In this document: positions 34,103 to 44,131 of the stretch, one piece after another
How positions within the stretch are numbered: the first letter of the stretch is position 1
How the letters are laid out: every line of letters begins with the position of its first letter
Notes under the pieces: generated by a model
The model's input: the letters and a program-made list of their open reading frames with translations, nothing else
The model's database searches: none
Told to the model about the DNA's origin: nothing
From: Chromatiales bacterium
GTDB taxonomy: Bacteria; Pseudomonadota; Gammaproteobacteria; RBG-16-57-12
NCBI GenBank assembly: GCA_026989455.1
Contig: JALSJH010000009.1
Location: 33,401 to 97,400, forward strand
Direction of reading: 5' to 3'
Length of the DNA stretch: 64,000 nt
Program-made: the position numbers and the translations under genes

Positions 34103-34141
34103 ATTAACAATAATCTATGGCCTTATCTCAAGGAGCCTGAC

Positions 34142-36229
34142 GTGACGACAGCAACAGTAAAAACTTTCCAGTACGGCCAGCATACTGTCAAATTGGAAAC
34201 AGGTGAAATTGCCCGCCAGGCCTCAGGTGCCGTGATGATCAGCATGGGTGACACCACCCTGCTGGTTACCTGTGTTGCAAAGAAAGAGGCCGTCGAAGGG
34301 CGTGATTTTTTTCCGCTGACGGTTAACTATCAAGAGCGTACTTACTCTGCGGGCAAGATTCCGGGTGGTTTTTTCAAGCGTGAAGGCAGGCCGACTGAGA
34401 AAGAGACGCTGACCTGTCGACTGATCGACCGCCCACTGCGTCCGTTATTTCCTAATGGATTTATCAATGAGGTGCAAATCGTTGCTACGGTGGTCTCCCT
34501 CGATCCTGAAATTGATCCTGACATCCCCGCAATCATCGGTGCCTCGGCAGCTGTTGCGTTATCGGGTTGTCCGTTTTCCGGAGTTATAGGCGCAGCGCGT
34601 GTTGCTTATGTTGATGGTCAGTATTTGCTGAACCCTGATCGTACCGTGTTGGCTACTTCTGACCTGGACCTTGTGGTTGCCGGGACGGAAAGTGCGGTGC
34701 TGATGGTTGAGTCGGAAGCGAAAGAGCTCTCTGAAGAGGTGATGTTGGGGGCCGTAGTCTACGGACACGAGCAGCTGCAAACGGCGATTAAGGCGATAGA
34801 TGAACTGGTTGCTGAGGTGGGTGTCACAAAGTGGGAGTGGCAAGCGCCTGTAGAGGATGCCGAATTGAAGGCAGCCGTGGCTGAGATTGCTGAAACATCG
34901 GTCACTGCGGCGTATCAAATCAGTGACAAGCAGGCGCGTTATGCAGCACTGGATGAGGTTCGTGGTGATCTGGTGGCCAAATTGGCATCTGAAACGTCTC
35001 AGTGGAGTGCGGAGGCGGTTAAAGCAGCGCTGAGTAAACTTGAAAAATCGGTTGTGCGCACACGGATTATCGAAGGTAACCCTCGCATTGATGGTCGCGA
35101 TAGCCACTCTGTGCGTCCCATCACGGTCACTACTGGTTTATTGCCTCGTGTCCACGGTTCATCACTCTTTACCCGCGGTGAAACACAAGCAATTGTAGCG
35201 GTTACACTGGGTACAGAGCGTGATGCACAGGTGATTGATGCGATTGAAGGTGAACGTAAAGATCCCTTCATGTTGCACTACAATTTCCCACCTTACTGTG
35301 TAGGTGAGACGGGTATGGTGGGTAGTCCGAAGCGACGTGAAATTGGTCATGGTCGTCTGGCAAAGCGCGGTGTTGCTGCGGTTATGCCGACACTTGACGA
35401 GTTTCCCTATGTTGTCCGCGTTGTATCAGAAATCACCGAGTCAAACGGCTCCAGCTCGATGGCTTCAGTGTGTGGCTCGAGTTTGGCATTGATGGATGCC
35501 GGGGTGCCGATAAAAGCACCTGTTGCCGGTATCGCCATGGGGTTGATTAAAGAAGAGAGTGGCTTTGCGGTGCTGAGTGATATTCTGGGTGATGAGGATC
35601 ACTTGGGCGATATGGACTTTAAAGTGGCCGGTACTAATGGTGGTGTCACTGCATTGCAGATGGATATTAAAATCGATGGCATCACAAAAGAGATCATGGA
35701 GGCCGCTTTAGAGCAAGCCAAGGCGGGTCGCCTGTATATTTTGGGTGAAATGGCCAAGGTTATTCATGACTCCCGTGAAGATGTCTCTGATTTTGCACCT
35801 CGCATTCTGACGATTAAAGTTAACCCGGATAAAATCCGTGACATCATCGGCAAAGGCGGTGCAACGATCCGTGCGCTGACTGAGGAGACCGGCACCAGTA
35901 TCGATATTTCTGATGATGGTGTGGTTAAGATCGCTTCTGTTGATGGTTTGGCAGCAAAAGAGGCTGTAAAGCGTATTGAACAGATTACCGCAGATGTTGA
36001 AGTGGGTTCAATCTACGAAGGTACGGTATCCAAGTTGATGGATTTCGGTGCTTTTGTGAATATCCTTCCTGGCAAAGATGGCCTGGTACACATCTCACAG
36101 ATCTCTGTTGAGCGCGTTGAAAAGGTCAGTGACAAATTGTCAGAGGGTGATGTGATCAAAGTGAAGGTGCTTGAGATTGACAAGCAGGGTCGCATTCGCT
36201 TGAGTATGAAGGCAATCACTGAAGGCTGA
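34142..36229 (+). CDS. pnp: Polynucleotide phosphorylase
   Basis: [30 protein letters not shown], plus KH and S1 domains. Confidence 0.98.
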   Translation: MTTATVKTFQYGQHTVKLETGEIARQASGAVMISMGDTTLLVTCVAKKEAVEGRDFFPLTVNYQERTYSAGKIPGGFFKREGRPTEKETLTCRLIDRPLRPLFPNGFINEVQIVATVVSLDPEIDPDIPAIIGASAAVALSGCPFSGVIGAARVAYVDGQYLLNPDRTVLATSDLDLVVAGTESAVLMVESEAKELSEEVMLGAVVYGHEQLQTAIKAIDELVAEVGVTKWEWQAPVEDAELKAAVAEIAETSVTAAYQISDKQARYAALDEVRGDLVAKLASETSQWSAEAVKAALSKLEKSVVRTRIIEGNPRIDGRDSHSVRPITVTTGLLPRVHGSSLFTRGETQAIVAVTLGTERDAQVIDAIEGERKDPFMLHYNFPPYCVGETGMVGSPKRREIGHGRLAKRGVAAVMPTLDEFPYVVRVVSEITESNGSSSMASVCGSSLALMDAGVPIKAPVAGIAMGLIKEESGFAVLSDILGDEDHLGDMDFKVAGTNGGVTALQMDIKIDGITKEIMEAALEQAKAGRLYILGEMAKVIHDSREDVSDFAPRILTIKVNPDKIRDIIGKGGATIRALTEETGTSIDISDDGVVKIASVDGLAAKEAVKRIEQITADVEVGSIYEGTVSKLMDFGAFVNILPGKDGLVHISQISVERVEKVSDKLSEGDVIKVKVLEIDKQGRIRLSMKAITEG

Positions 36230-36248
36230 TTTTAGCTTTAGTTTTTTG

Positions 36249-36281
36249 TACAGGAGAGGGGCTTTTAGCCCTTTTTCTGTA
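36249..36281 (+). terminator. Terminator after pnp
   Basis: TACAGGAGAGGGGCT-ttt-AGCCCTTTTTCTGTA hairpin. Confidence 0.7.
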
Positions 36282-36408
36282 TGTGGTTGTTGACTCTTTC
36301 GGGGTGATTGCATGTGATCTACCTATTTCCCCCAGAAAGGCAGCGGTGGGTGGCGTGTTCTAGCGCGCTGAGTTCTAGCCGATTGAATAGAGAGGCAAGG
36401 CAACGGTT

Positions 36409-37311
36409 ATGAGTGTTGAGCAATTAAACGCAGAGTTTGCTATTTCTGGTCAACTTGAATTTATTCAGGGTAAGGGTGGTCTGCCCTTTATCGCCATTGA
36501 TAATGGCGCAGCGTGTGCCCTGATCTCAATCTATGGCGGACAAGTGCTGCGTTTTAAGCCCGCAGGGACTGCTGATGATCTCCTGTTCTTGAGTGATAAA
36601 GCTCATTATGTTCAAGGCCAGGCTATTAAGGGTGGAGTGCCGATCTGTTGGCCTTGGTTTGGTGATGACCCTGAAAATAGAGGCCGAGCAGCCCACGGCT
36701 TTGCGCGCAATCGAATGTGGCGTGTCATAGCGACTGAAGGTTCGGATGAAGGCGTCACCAAGGTGACGTTGGGTTTTTCTGATTCGGAGGATACTCGCAA
36801 AATTTGGCCGCACTCGTTTGATCTTCGTCTGGAAATTAGCGTGGGGCAGTCGTTGGGTTTGAGCTTGGTGACGCGCAATATGGGTGATCAGCCCTTGGTG
36901 ATTACCCAAGCGCTGCACACCTATTTTAGTGTAACTGATATTAATCGAGTCTTCATAACCGGTCTGGATGGGGTCGGTTATCTGGATAAGGTCGATGACT
37001 TTAACCAGAAACAGCAGTGTGGAGACCTCTCAATCAGCGGCGAAGTGGACCGAATTTATACCGATGTACCTGCGGTATTGGCGATAAATGATGTGGCACG
37101 GCCACGGGCTGTGCAAATTGAATCCAGCGGCAATAAAACCTCAGTGGTTTGGAATCCGTGGAGAGACAAAACCGCCAACATGGCTGATCTGGATGATGAA
37201 GCTTATCAGCACTTTGTCTGTGTCGAAACAGCTAATGCAGCGGATGACCGCATTGAGATAGCTGCAGGTGAGTCGTATCAATTAACCGCTTATTACCGGG
37301 TTGCTGAGTAG
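36409..37311 (+). CDS. D-hexose-6-phosphate mutarotase (YeaD/aldose 1-epimerase family)
   Basis: AIKGGVPICWPWFG, HGFARN, ALHTYF, VVWNPW and FVCVE motifs. Confidence 0.92.
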   Translation: MSVEQLNAEFAISGQLEFIQGKGGLPFIAIDNGAACALISIYGGQVLRFKPAGTADDLLFLSDKAHYVQGQAIKGGVPICWPWFGDDPENRGRAAHGFARNRMWRVIATEGSDEGVTKVTLGFSDSEDTRKIWPHSFDLRLEISVGQSLGLSLVTRNMGDQPLVITQALHTYFSVTDINRVFITGLDGVGYLDKVDDFNQKQQCGDLSISGEVDRIYTDVPAVLAINDVARPRAVQIESSGNKTSVVWNPWRDKTANMADLDDEAYQHFVCVETANAADDRIEIAAGESYQLTAYYRVAE

Positions 37312-38238
37312 CTAGCTCCTATGGTTGGACTCCTCCTCACGTATGCAGTTGAGCAGCGCTTGTAAGTCCTTTTTACGTGCGTAGGTGGGGCGCCATACTA
37401 AGGCGATCTGTCGGTGTGGCCCTGGTTCTGATAGCGGGCGTAAGTGGATGTTGCTCTGCTCTACCAACATACTCTCTGCCGCCATATCAGGAATAAAAGT
37501 TATCCCCTGACCACCTGCAACCATCTCTATCATTGTGTAGAGGCTAGTGCCTTGGATTGCAGCACGTTGGCGCGACGATTGCCAATGGCAGGCAGCGAGC
37601 GCATGATCACGCAGACAGTGCCCCTCCTCCAACAGCATGATTTCATCAGCAGGCAACTGATCAGACGACATCGCTTGATGACTGCTTGCCAGTGGATGGT
37701 CTGGCGGGAAGGCGATGCAAAAGTTCTCTTCGCTGATCAATTCATGCTCTAACCCCTTTAAATTGTAGGGTAGAGCCATGATCGCGCAGTCAATCTGACC
37801 ACTGCTTAACCGCTCCAGCAGCGATGCGCTTCGCTCTTCGATGAGCAGTAGCTTCAGCTTTGCAAAGTGTTTGCGAATACCGGGCAAAACCTTGGGCAGT
37901 AAAAAGGGGCCAATGGTAGGAATGACACCTAACCTAAGCTGCCCGACCAAGGTACCCATTTCACCTTTGGCGGTCTCTACGATCTCATTAGCCTGCTCTA
38001 TCAACTGTCGAGCTTTAGGCTCCAACATATAACCCAAAGGTGAGATAAGCACCTTTCGTTTGTTGCGTTCAAACAGCGCTCCGCCCAGCATCGCTTCCAG
38101 CTCTTGTATGCCAGAGCTCAAAGTGGACTGGGTGACAAAGCAGCGCTCAGCCGCATGACCAAAGTGTTTTGACTCAATTACTGCAAGAAAGTATTGCAGC
38201 TGGCGCATGGAGGGTAAGTTAATAATCGAAATTTCCAA
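37312..38238 (-). CDS. oxyR: Hydrogen peroxide-sensing LysR regulator OxyR
   Basis: HFGHAAERCFVTQSTLS HTH, IPTIGPFLLP, and EEGHCLRDHALAAC with both redox cysteines. Start uncertain (TTG 38238 or ATG 38208). Confidence 0.9.
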   Translation of the reverse strand: MEISIINLPSMRQLQYFLAVIESKHFGHAAERCFVTQSTLSSGIQELEAMLGGALFERNKRKVLISPLGYMLEPKARQLIEQANEIVETAKGEMGTLVGQLRLGVIPTIGPFLLPKVLPGIRKHFAKLKLLLIEERSASLLERLSSGQIDCAIMALPYNLKGLEHELISEENFCIAFPPDHPLASSHQAMSSDQLPADEIMLLEEGHCLRDHALAACHWQSSRQRAAIQGTSLYTMIEMVAGGQGITFIPDMAAESMLVEQSNIHLRPLSEPGPHRQIALVWRPTYARKKDLQALLNCIREEESNHRS

Positions 38239-38319
38239 TCACAGTTAGTTAATTAATTCATTGGATCTACTTTATAGATTTTCTTAGACTAGCTCCAGTT
38301 TAAATATCTTTCATCACAC

Positions 38320-38480
38320 AAGGAATCTCTGATTAAGTCTGGATGAATTTAGGCTGAGAGGAAATTGCTCTCATTTATTCCGAAATGCGCAGTAATAGTC
38401 ACTCTATTGGTGCAATTTTCGGGATAAATGAGGGCGATTTCAGCCAGCATAAAGCATTCATGACTTGAGCAGGGCTTCCA
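38320..38480. mobile_element. MITE-like hairpin element B, copy 2
   Basis: Ungapped match to 14601-14760; lies between oxyR and the ccp RBS. Confidence 0.85.
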
Positions 38481-38493
38481 CAAGGAGCAATCT

Positions 38494-39507
38494 ATGAAAA
38501 AATCTATCTTTGCCCTCGCAATGCTGGCCGCTGGCTCAGTGCATGCCTTGGAGGCGATACCGAGTGTCGTACAAGTGCCTGCTGATAATCCAATGAGTAT
38601 GGCGAAAGTTGAACTGGGAAAGCAGTTATATTTTGACCCACGGCTCTCAATCGACGGCACCGTCTCGTGTAACACTTGCCACAATGTAATGGCGGGTGGT
38701 GCCGATGATCGCCCAACATCAGTGGGTGTTAATGGTCAGCGGGGTGGTCGAAATGCCCCCACTGTTTGGAATGCCGCTCTGTTGAGTGCTCAGTTTTGGG
38801 ATGGCCGCGCTGCAACACTGGAAGATCAGGCCAAGGGGCCACCACTGAACCCAATCGAAATGGGCATGCCTTCTGAACAGGCCGTTGAAGAGCGCCTCAG
38901 CAGTATTCCTGGCTATAAAGTCCAGTTTGAATCGATTTTCGGAGAGGTCTCTTACGATAATATGGCTAAAGCCATTGCTGCCTATGAGCGCACCTTGATT
39001 ACAATGAATAGCCCTTTTGACCGTCATGTGAATGGCGATAAAATGGCAATGAGTAAGCAAGCGGTTAAAGGTATGCAGCGTTTTGAAGAGATAGGTTGTG
39101 TGAGTTGTCACTCAGGAGTTAACTTTGCTGGCCCTAAAATGACCCTAGGTGAAGGCTTCTATCAAAAATTCCCTCTTTTTGAAAATGATGACATCGCTAA
39201 ATATAACCTGGACGAAGATAAGGGTCGTTACGAAGTCACAAAAGATGCCGCGGATATGAATAGCTGGCGTGTTCCCTCGCTGCGCAATATTGCGGTAACA
39301 GCCCCCTATTTTCACAATGGTGCAGTAAAAACTCTGCATGAGAGTGTGCGTATCATGGCCGTCTCACAGTTGGGTGTGGAGTTGAAGCCGAGTGAGGTTG
39401 AGGAGATTGTTGCTTTCTTAAACAGCCTGACAGGTGAGTTCCCTGAACAGACCATGCCTAGGTTGCCAGGAGTGGCAGGTGAGAGCTTGGTGGGTAGTAT
39501 AAAGTAA
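38494..39507 (+). CDS. Di-haem cytochrome c peroxidase (bacterial CCP/MauG family)
   Basis: Signal peptide, CNTCH and CVSCH haem motifs, QFWDGRA, NPIEMGM, VPSLRNIAVTAPYFHNG. Confidence 0.93.
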   Translation: MKKSIFALAMLAAGSVHALEAIPSVVQVPADNPMSMAKVELGKQLYFDPRLSIDGTVSCNTCHNVMAGGADDRPTSVGVNGQRGGRNAPTVWNAALLSAQFWDGRAATLEDQAKGPPLNPIEMGMPSEQAVEERLSSIPGYKVQFESIFGEVSYDNMAKAIAAYERTLITMNSPFDRHVNGDKMAMSKQAVKGMQRFEEIGCVSCHSGVNFAGPKMTLGEGFYQKFPLFENDDIAKYNLDEDKGRYEVTKDAADMNSWRVPSLRNIAVTAPYFHNGAVKTLHESVRIMAVSQLGVELKPSEVEEIVAFLNSLTGEFPEQTMPRLPGVAGESLVGSIK

Positions 39508-39517
39508 CCCACTGCTT

Positions 39518-39559
39518 TGCCACAAAAAAACCCGGCCTAGTGCCGGGTTTTTTGTGGCA
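39518..39559 (+). terminator. Terminator after ccp
   Basis: TGCCACAAAAAAACCCGGC-ctagt-GCCGGGTTTTTTGTGGCA. Confidence 0.85.
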
Positions 39560-39633
39560 CTTAAAACCATTATATTTAGATTTTGTGATGGGTAGCATGG
39601 CAGCTATCTTTTTATAACCTATACTTTTCTCCT

Positions 39634-41847
39634 ATGCAGAGTAAAAGATATCGTCTTGAGTGGAATAGCGGTATGAGTGTCGGTATCGATGTGATCGATA
39701 ACGAACACAAGGTGCTGATTGAGATGGTCGCCCGATTATCAGATGCCATTGATAACAATGATGCTGATGAGGTGGTACTGGAGATATTCGAACGCCTTGA
39801 ACTCTACGTAAAAGAGCACTTCTCCCGGGAAGAGGCGTTGATGGCAACACTCAACTATGCGCGCTTGCCCCCCCACAAAAAACAACATCAGAAATTTATA
39901 AAGAAAATATCCGAATTTAAAACGACGCTACAAGAGAACTACTCCATCGCCGTTGCAGAAGAGGTTAACCTGTTTCTATTCAACTGGTTAACCAATCACA
40001 TCCTGATTGAAGATATGCGTTTCTCCCTGCCGGCCTATGAGCGTGGCTTGAGCGATTACCAGGCCAGAAAATTAACCGGATTAAAGGGTTTTGCTATCTG
40101 GCTGGGCAGCAATATTCCTCTCAGACAGCGAATAGTGTTGGCCGCATTGATCCCCATTGGCGGCATACTGCTGTTGAGTTTTTTCATACTTTTTTCGGGC
40201 TATCAACAGTTAGGCGAGATGAAATCGCTGTTGGTAAAAAACAAGCTGCTGCAGACAGTCAATGAGCTTACCCATCACTTACAAACCGAACGCGGCCTCT
40301 CCCTAGGTTATCTAGCCGCTGAGAACGACTACTATTTTAGTAAGCTTGTAGATCAGCGCCGTCTCAGTGATCACTCTATTGCACAGTTTAATGATGAGTT
40401 ACAGCGCAGTTATGCAGTAACGCTTGGGGAGGGTGTTTTATTGCCCATCGAGCAGGCTCGGCAACAGCTTCTTCAATTGAAACAATGGCGTGAAAAAGTG
40501 GACAAAAAAGTGGCTGTGGAGGGTGAGGTTAAGCAGTTTTACACGGTGCTGATTGCCGACCTTCTTGATCTTCCGGGTACCCTATTACAACTCGAAGTAG
40601 CCTCTAATATCGCCTTGAAAATGGCCGCCTTCACTTCGGTGTTGCGCCTTCGGGAGTCGGGGGCATTGCAGCGTGATTTGGGTGTTGAGGTGATCGATGC
40701 AGTGTACTTTAGTGAGGAGGATCACACTGTTTTTGCCCGCTTGTCAGGTGAGCAGAGTGGCATCAACCATTTAATTGAGCAGCTGTTAACCCGTGAGCAG
40801 AGGGATAAATTTCTCGCGCTGTACCAGCTTGAAGCTGCCGCAGTGCAATCTTATCAGGTACAGATATACCAGGCAGCGGCTGATGGTCGGCTAACTCACC
40901 TGAGTAGCCAGCGCTGGTTTGAATTGATGTCAAACAAGCTGGATAAGTTGAAAATGATCGCCAATCAGTTGGCCGCAGATGTTGAGTCTCGCATTCACCA
41001 TAAGATTCAAATATTAACCACAAGGCTCAGTTACTACGCTTTCGGGCTCTTGGTTATTTTGGCGCTGATCTCATGTTCATCCTGGTTATTGAGTTACAGC
41101 ATAATCTCTCCTGTACACCGCGTTACCCGGGCAATGAAGCGCTTGGCGCAGGGGTATCGGGATTTTCATTTTTTCGATAAATTTGCCAAAGATGAGCTGG
41201 GTGAGATGGTGGGTGCCTATGAGGCTTGCCGCATCAACCTGCTGCGGGCTGATATTGCCGAAACGGTTCACTCCCGGCGACAAGACTTTAATCTGAAAAC
41301 AAAAATTAGGGAGCGGGAGCATTATAGAGTGCTCTCATCAGTTGATCCTTTAACCGGAGTACTGAATCGGCGTGAATTCAATAAGCGTGCCCAATATGAG
41401 ATTGAGATGGCGTGGCGTTATGGTCGGCCCTTTTCCCTGATGATGATCGACCTTGATCATTTCAAAAAAATAAATGACCTGTACGGCCACGGGGGAGGTG
41501 ACAAGGTTCTCAAGGAGTTTTGCAATACCTGTTATCGCACTATTCGAGAGATTGATATTCTGGCCCGTGTCGGAGGGGAGGAGTTCGCTATTCTTATGCC
41601 GGAGACAAATGCCAGGCAAGCCTACGAGCTGGCAGAGCGGATACGCAGTGCGGTTAGTAAATTATCGATTCCTGTGAATGGCGCAGAAGCCTCTGTTACG
41701 GTCAGTATTGGGATCGTTGAGTGGTCATCGGCACATCAAAAAGAGGTCGGAAAAGTATTGACTGATGCAGATGCAGCACTCTATCAAGCTAAAAATTCAG
41801 GAAGAAACCGAAGCGTAATCTACACTCCCCCCCGAGGCGAAGCCTGA
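39634..41847 (+). CDS. Diguanylate cyclase with architecture hemerythrin - TM - NIT-like sensor - TM - HAMP - GGDEF
   Basis: Hemerythrin ligands H25, H62, E66, H81, H85, H122, D127. TM at about 167-189; ELTHHLQTERGLS NIT-like motif; second TM; HAMP (SPVHRVTRAMKRLAQG...DELGEM); DPLTG, DLDHFKKIND, RxxD and GGEEF. Confidence 0.85.
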   Translation: MQSKRYRLEWNSGMSVGIDVIDNEHKVLIEMVARLSDAIDNNDADEVVLEIFERLELYVKEHFSREEALMATLNYARLPPHKKQHQKFIKKISEFKTTLQENYSIAVAEEVNLFLFNWLTNHILIEDMRFSLPAYERGLSDYQARKLTGLKGFAIWLGSNIPLRQRIVLAALIPIGGILLLSFFILFSGYQQLGEMKSLLVKNKLLQTVNELTHHLQTERGLSLGYLAAENDYYFSKLVDQRRLSDHSIAQFNDELQRSYAVTLGEGVLLPIEQARQQLLQLKQWREKVDKKVAVEGEVKQFYTVLIADLLDLPGTLLQLEVASNIALKMAAFTSVLRLRESGALQRDLGVEVIDAVYFSEEDHTVFARLSGEQSGINHLIEQLLTREQRDKFLALYQLEAAAVQSYQVQIYQAAADGRLTHLSSQRWFELMSNKLDKLKMIANQLAADVESRIHHKIQILTTRLSYYAFGLLVILALISCSSWLLSYSIISPVHRVTRAMKRLAQGYRDFHFFDKFAKDELGEMVGAYEACRINLLRADIAETVHSRRQDFNLKTKIREREHYRVLSSVDPLTGVLNRREFNKRAQYEIEMAWRYGRPFSLMMIDLDHFKKINDLYGHGGGDKVLKEFCNTCYRTIREIDILARVGGEEFAILMPETNARQAYELAERIRSAVSKLSIPVNGAEASVTVSIGIVEWSSAHQKEVGKVLTDADAALYQAKNSGRNRSVIYTPPRGEA

Positions 41848-42068
41848 TGGTGTAGAGTAGCGGTACACTACTGCTCCCTGCAATCCCCTCTTTTACATAA
41901 AAAAATACCTTTTACCGCCAAAGATCGAGTGCGATACTTGGTTTCACGTCGTTGTTACGTCAAAAAAATAGCGCCCGCTGTTTCATGGGGGGGTAAGGTC
42001 GGATATAAACGGGTATCGAACGTAGTTATTTTTTGTATCTATTTGTTTTTATATGATAAATGAAAAGT

Positions 42069-42084
42069 GGGCGCAAAATTTGCA
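42069..42084 (+). promoter_or_regulatory. Sigma54 (-24/-12) promoter of the fliL operon
   Basis: GGGCGC-AAAAT-TTGCA. A partial FleQ-box-like GTCAAAAAAATAGC lies at 41959-41972 with an AT-rich spacer between them. Confidence 0.65.
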
Positions 42085-42116
42085 TTTTGTGACGCAAGTT
42101 TAATGGAGAGTGAGTT

Positions 42117-42656
42117 ATGGCGAAGCCAGAAGAGCTTGATTTGGCAGATAAAGGCGCAAAAGGCGGTAGCAAAAAGATTATTTTAATCGCCGTGCTGGTG
42201 CTTGTCGGGATGTTAGTGCTCGTGGGTACTATGGTTGGCACACTGTGGGCGTTAGGTGTTATTCCATCGCAACAGGGGGAGTCTGCACAGGTTTCCGAGG
42301 CGCAGGTTGAAGCAAGCGCCGAAGAAGAGCCAAAAGGGCCTGCTGTTTATATGAAGGTTGAGCCTCCTTTTGTGGTTAATTTTGATGGGCAGGGGAAAGC
42401 GCGCTTCCTGCAGGTGACGATGGAGCTTGTGGGGCATGATGAATCGGGGCTGGAGGATGCGATGCACCACATGCCCGCCATCCGCAATGCAATGCTGTTG
42501 ATTTTAAGCAGTCAAAGTTATGACGTGCTGAGTACTGTGGAGGGGAAGGAGCAGCTGCGGCAGCAGGCGTTGGCTGAAGTGCAGGTCATTCTTGAGCGTG
42601 AAGTGGGTCACTCCGCCGTTGAAGATCTCTATTTGACCAGCTTGGTGATGCAGTAG
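42117..42656 (+). CDS. fliL: Flagellar basal body protein FliL
   Basis: N-terminal TM, PFVVNF, RFLQV and C-terminal SLVMQ. Confidence 0.92.
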   Translation: MAKPEELDLADKGAKGGSKKIILIAVLVLVGMLVLVGTMVGTLWALGVIPSQQGESAQVSEAQVEASAEEEPKGPAVYMKVEPPFVVNFDGQGKARFLQVTMELVGHDESGLEDAMHHMPAIRNAMLLILSSQSYDVLSTVEGKEQLRQQALAEVQVILEREVGHSAVEDLYLTSLVMQ

Positions 42657-42665
42657 GAAAGTACC

Positions 42666-43679
42666 ATGTCAGCTAACGACTTACTCTCACAAGATGAAAT
42701 CGATGCGCTGTTACACGGCGTAGATGATGGCGATGTTGAGACCGATAATATGGCCGATGATGGCCAGCCTCACAGCTACGACTTTACATCCCAGGATCGT
42801 ATTGTGCGGGGGCGGATGCCGACCCTGGAGATGATTAACGAACGTTTTGCCCGTTTTTTTCGTTTTAGTATTTTCAATATGTTGCGTCGTTCGCCGGAGA
42901 TCACCACCAGTGGTGTCGAAATGATCAAGTTTGGTGAATATGTCCACACTCTTTATGTTCCGACCAGCTTGAATATGATCAAGGTAAAGCCACTGCGTGG
43001 AACTGCGCTGTTTGTTATTGACCCTAAATTAGTCTTTATTCTGGTGGATAACTTTTTTGGCGGCGAAGGGCGTTTTCATGCGCGTATTGAGGGGCGGGAG
43101 TTTACACCGACGGAGCAGCGTATTACCCATATGTTGTTGCAAGAGGCGTTCAACGATATGCGAAAATCCTGGGCTCTGGCGATGGATGTGGAGTTTGAGT
43201 ACCAGAGTACAGAGGTTAATCCGCAGTTTGCCAACATTGTAAGTCCTACCGAAGTTGTGGTGGTGAGTAAATTCCATGTCGAGTTGGAGGGTGGCGGTGG
43301 CGATTTTCACATTACCATGCCTTACTCAATGCTGGAGCCGATTCGTGAGCTGTTGGATGCGGGAGTCCAGAGTGATCGTTCAGAACGAGATGATCGCTGG
43401 ACTGATGCGCTGCGTGAGGGTGTTCAGGATGCACTGGTGGAGGTCGACTGCCCTCTGACCCGGGCAACTATGTCGCTGCGGGATGTTGTCAAGTTACAAG
43501 CGGGTGATGTTATTCCCATTGAGATGCCGGAGTCGTTAACCGGATATATTGAAGGCTTGCCGATGTTTCGTGGCCAATATGGCAGCCATAAAGGTAATGC
43601 GTGCCTGAAAGTAGATGAAATTATCTCTCGCCCTGAACAGAAACCGAGCCTAACCATAGGAGGCGATGCCGATGAGTGA
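42666..43679 (+). CDS. fliM: Flagellar motor switch protein FliM
   Basis: LLSQDEIDALL, DRIVRGRMPTLE. Confidence 0.97.
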   Translation: MSANDLLSQDEIDALLHGVDDGDVETDNMADDGQPHSYDFTSQDRIVRGRMPTLEMINERFARFFRFSIFNMLRRSPEITTSGVEMIKFGEYVHTLYVPTSLNMIKVKPLRGTALFVIDPKLVFILVDNFFGGEGRFHARIEGREFTPTEQRITHMLLQEAFNDMRKSWALAMDVEFEYQSTEVNPQFANIVSPTEVVVVSKFHVELEGGGGDFHITMPYSMLEPIRELLDAGVQSDRSERDDRWTDALREGVQDALVEVDCPLTRATMSLRDVVKLQAGDVIPIEMPESLTGYIEGLPMFRGQYGSHKGNACLKVDEIISRPEQKPSLTIGGDADE

Positions 43680-44130
43680 TGACAAAAACCAGGATGAGAT
43701 GGCTGACTCTTGGGCGGCAGCTCTTGATGAGCAGACCGGCGAGAGTGCTGATGCTGCAGATGCCGAAGCGGGTGATGCTTGGGCTGATGCCTTGAATGAG
43801 CAGGCAGAGGCGGAAGTGGCACCGCTACAGGAGATGTCTGAGAACTCAACATTTGCATCTGCGGAGGGTGACGTAAATCTGGATATGATCCTGGATATAC
43901 CGGTTGATATTTCAATGGAGATCGGGCGCACCAAGATCAGCATTCGTAACCTTCTGCAGCTCACCCAAGGCTCGGTTGTTGAGCTGGACAGGCTGGCGGG
44001 TGAACCCCTCGATGTGATGGTTAATGGCACACTCATTGCACACGGCGAAGTGGTGGTGGTTAATGAGAAATTTGGTATCCGCCTAACTGATGTGATTAGC
44101 GCCACAGAACGCATTAAGCGTTTGAAATAG
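43672..44130 (+). CDS. fliN: Flagellar motor switch protein FliN
   Basis: ILDIPVDISMEIG...GEVVVVNEKFGIR. Confidence 0.97.
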   Translation: MSDDKNQDEMADSWAAALDEQTGESADAADAEAGDAWADALNEQAEAEVAPLQEMSENSTFASAEGDVNLDMILDIPVDISMEIGRTKISIRNLLQLTQGSVVELDRLAGEPLDVMVNGTLIAHGEVVVVNEKFGIRLTDVISATERIKRLK

Positions 44131-44131
44131 C

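Noticed and set aside
38239-38316. Explicit OxyR operator (ATAG-N7 repeats)
   Set aside because: The region is AT-rich and a plausible location, but only partial matches are visible, so no coordinates are claimed.
14599-38480. CRISPR or tandem-array interpretation of the repeats
   Set aside because: Copies are dispersed 160-bp hairpins about 24 kb apart, with no repeat-spacer periodicity and no cas genes.
38349-38684. 111-aa minus-strand ORF running into repeat B, considered as a possible transposase fragment
   Set aside because: Mostly antisense to ccp; no DDE or HUH motif.
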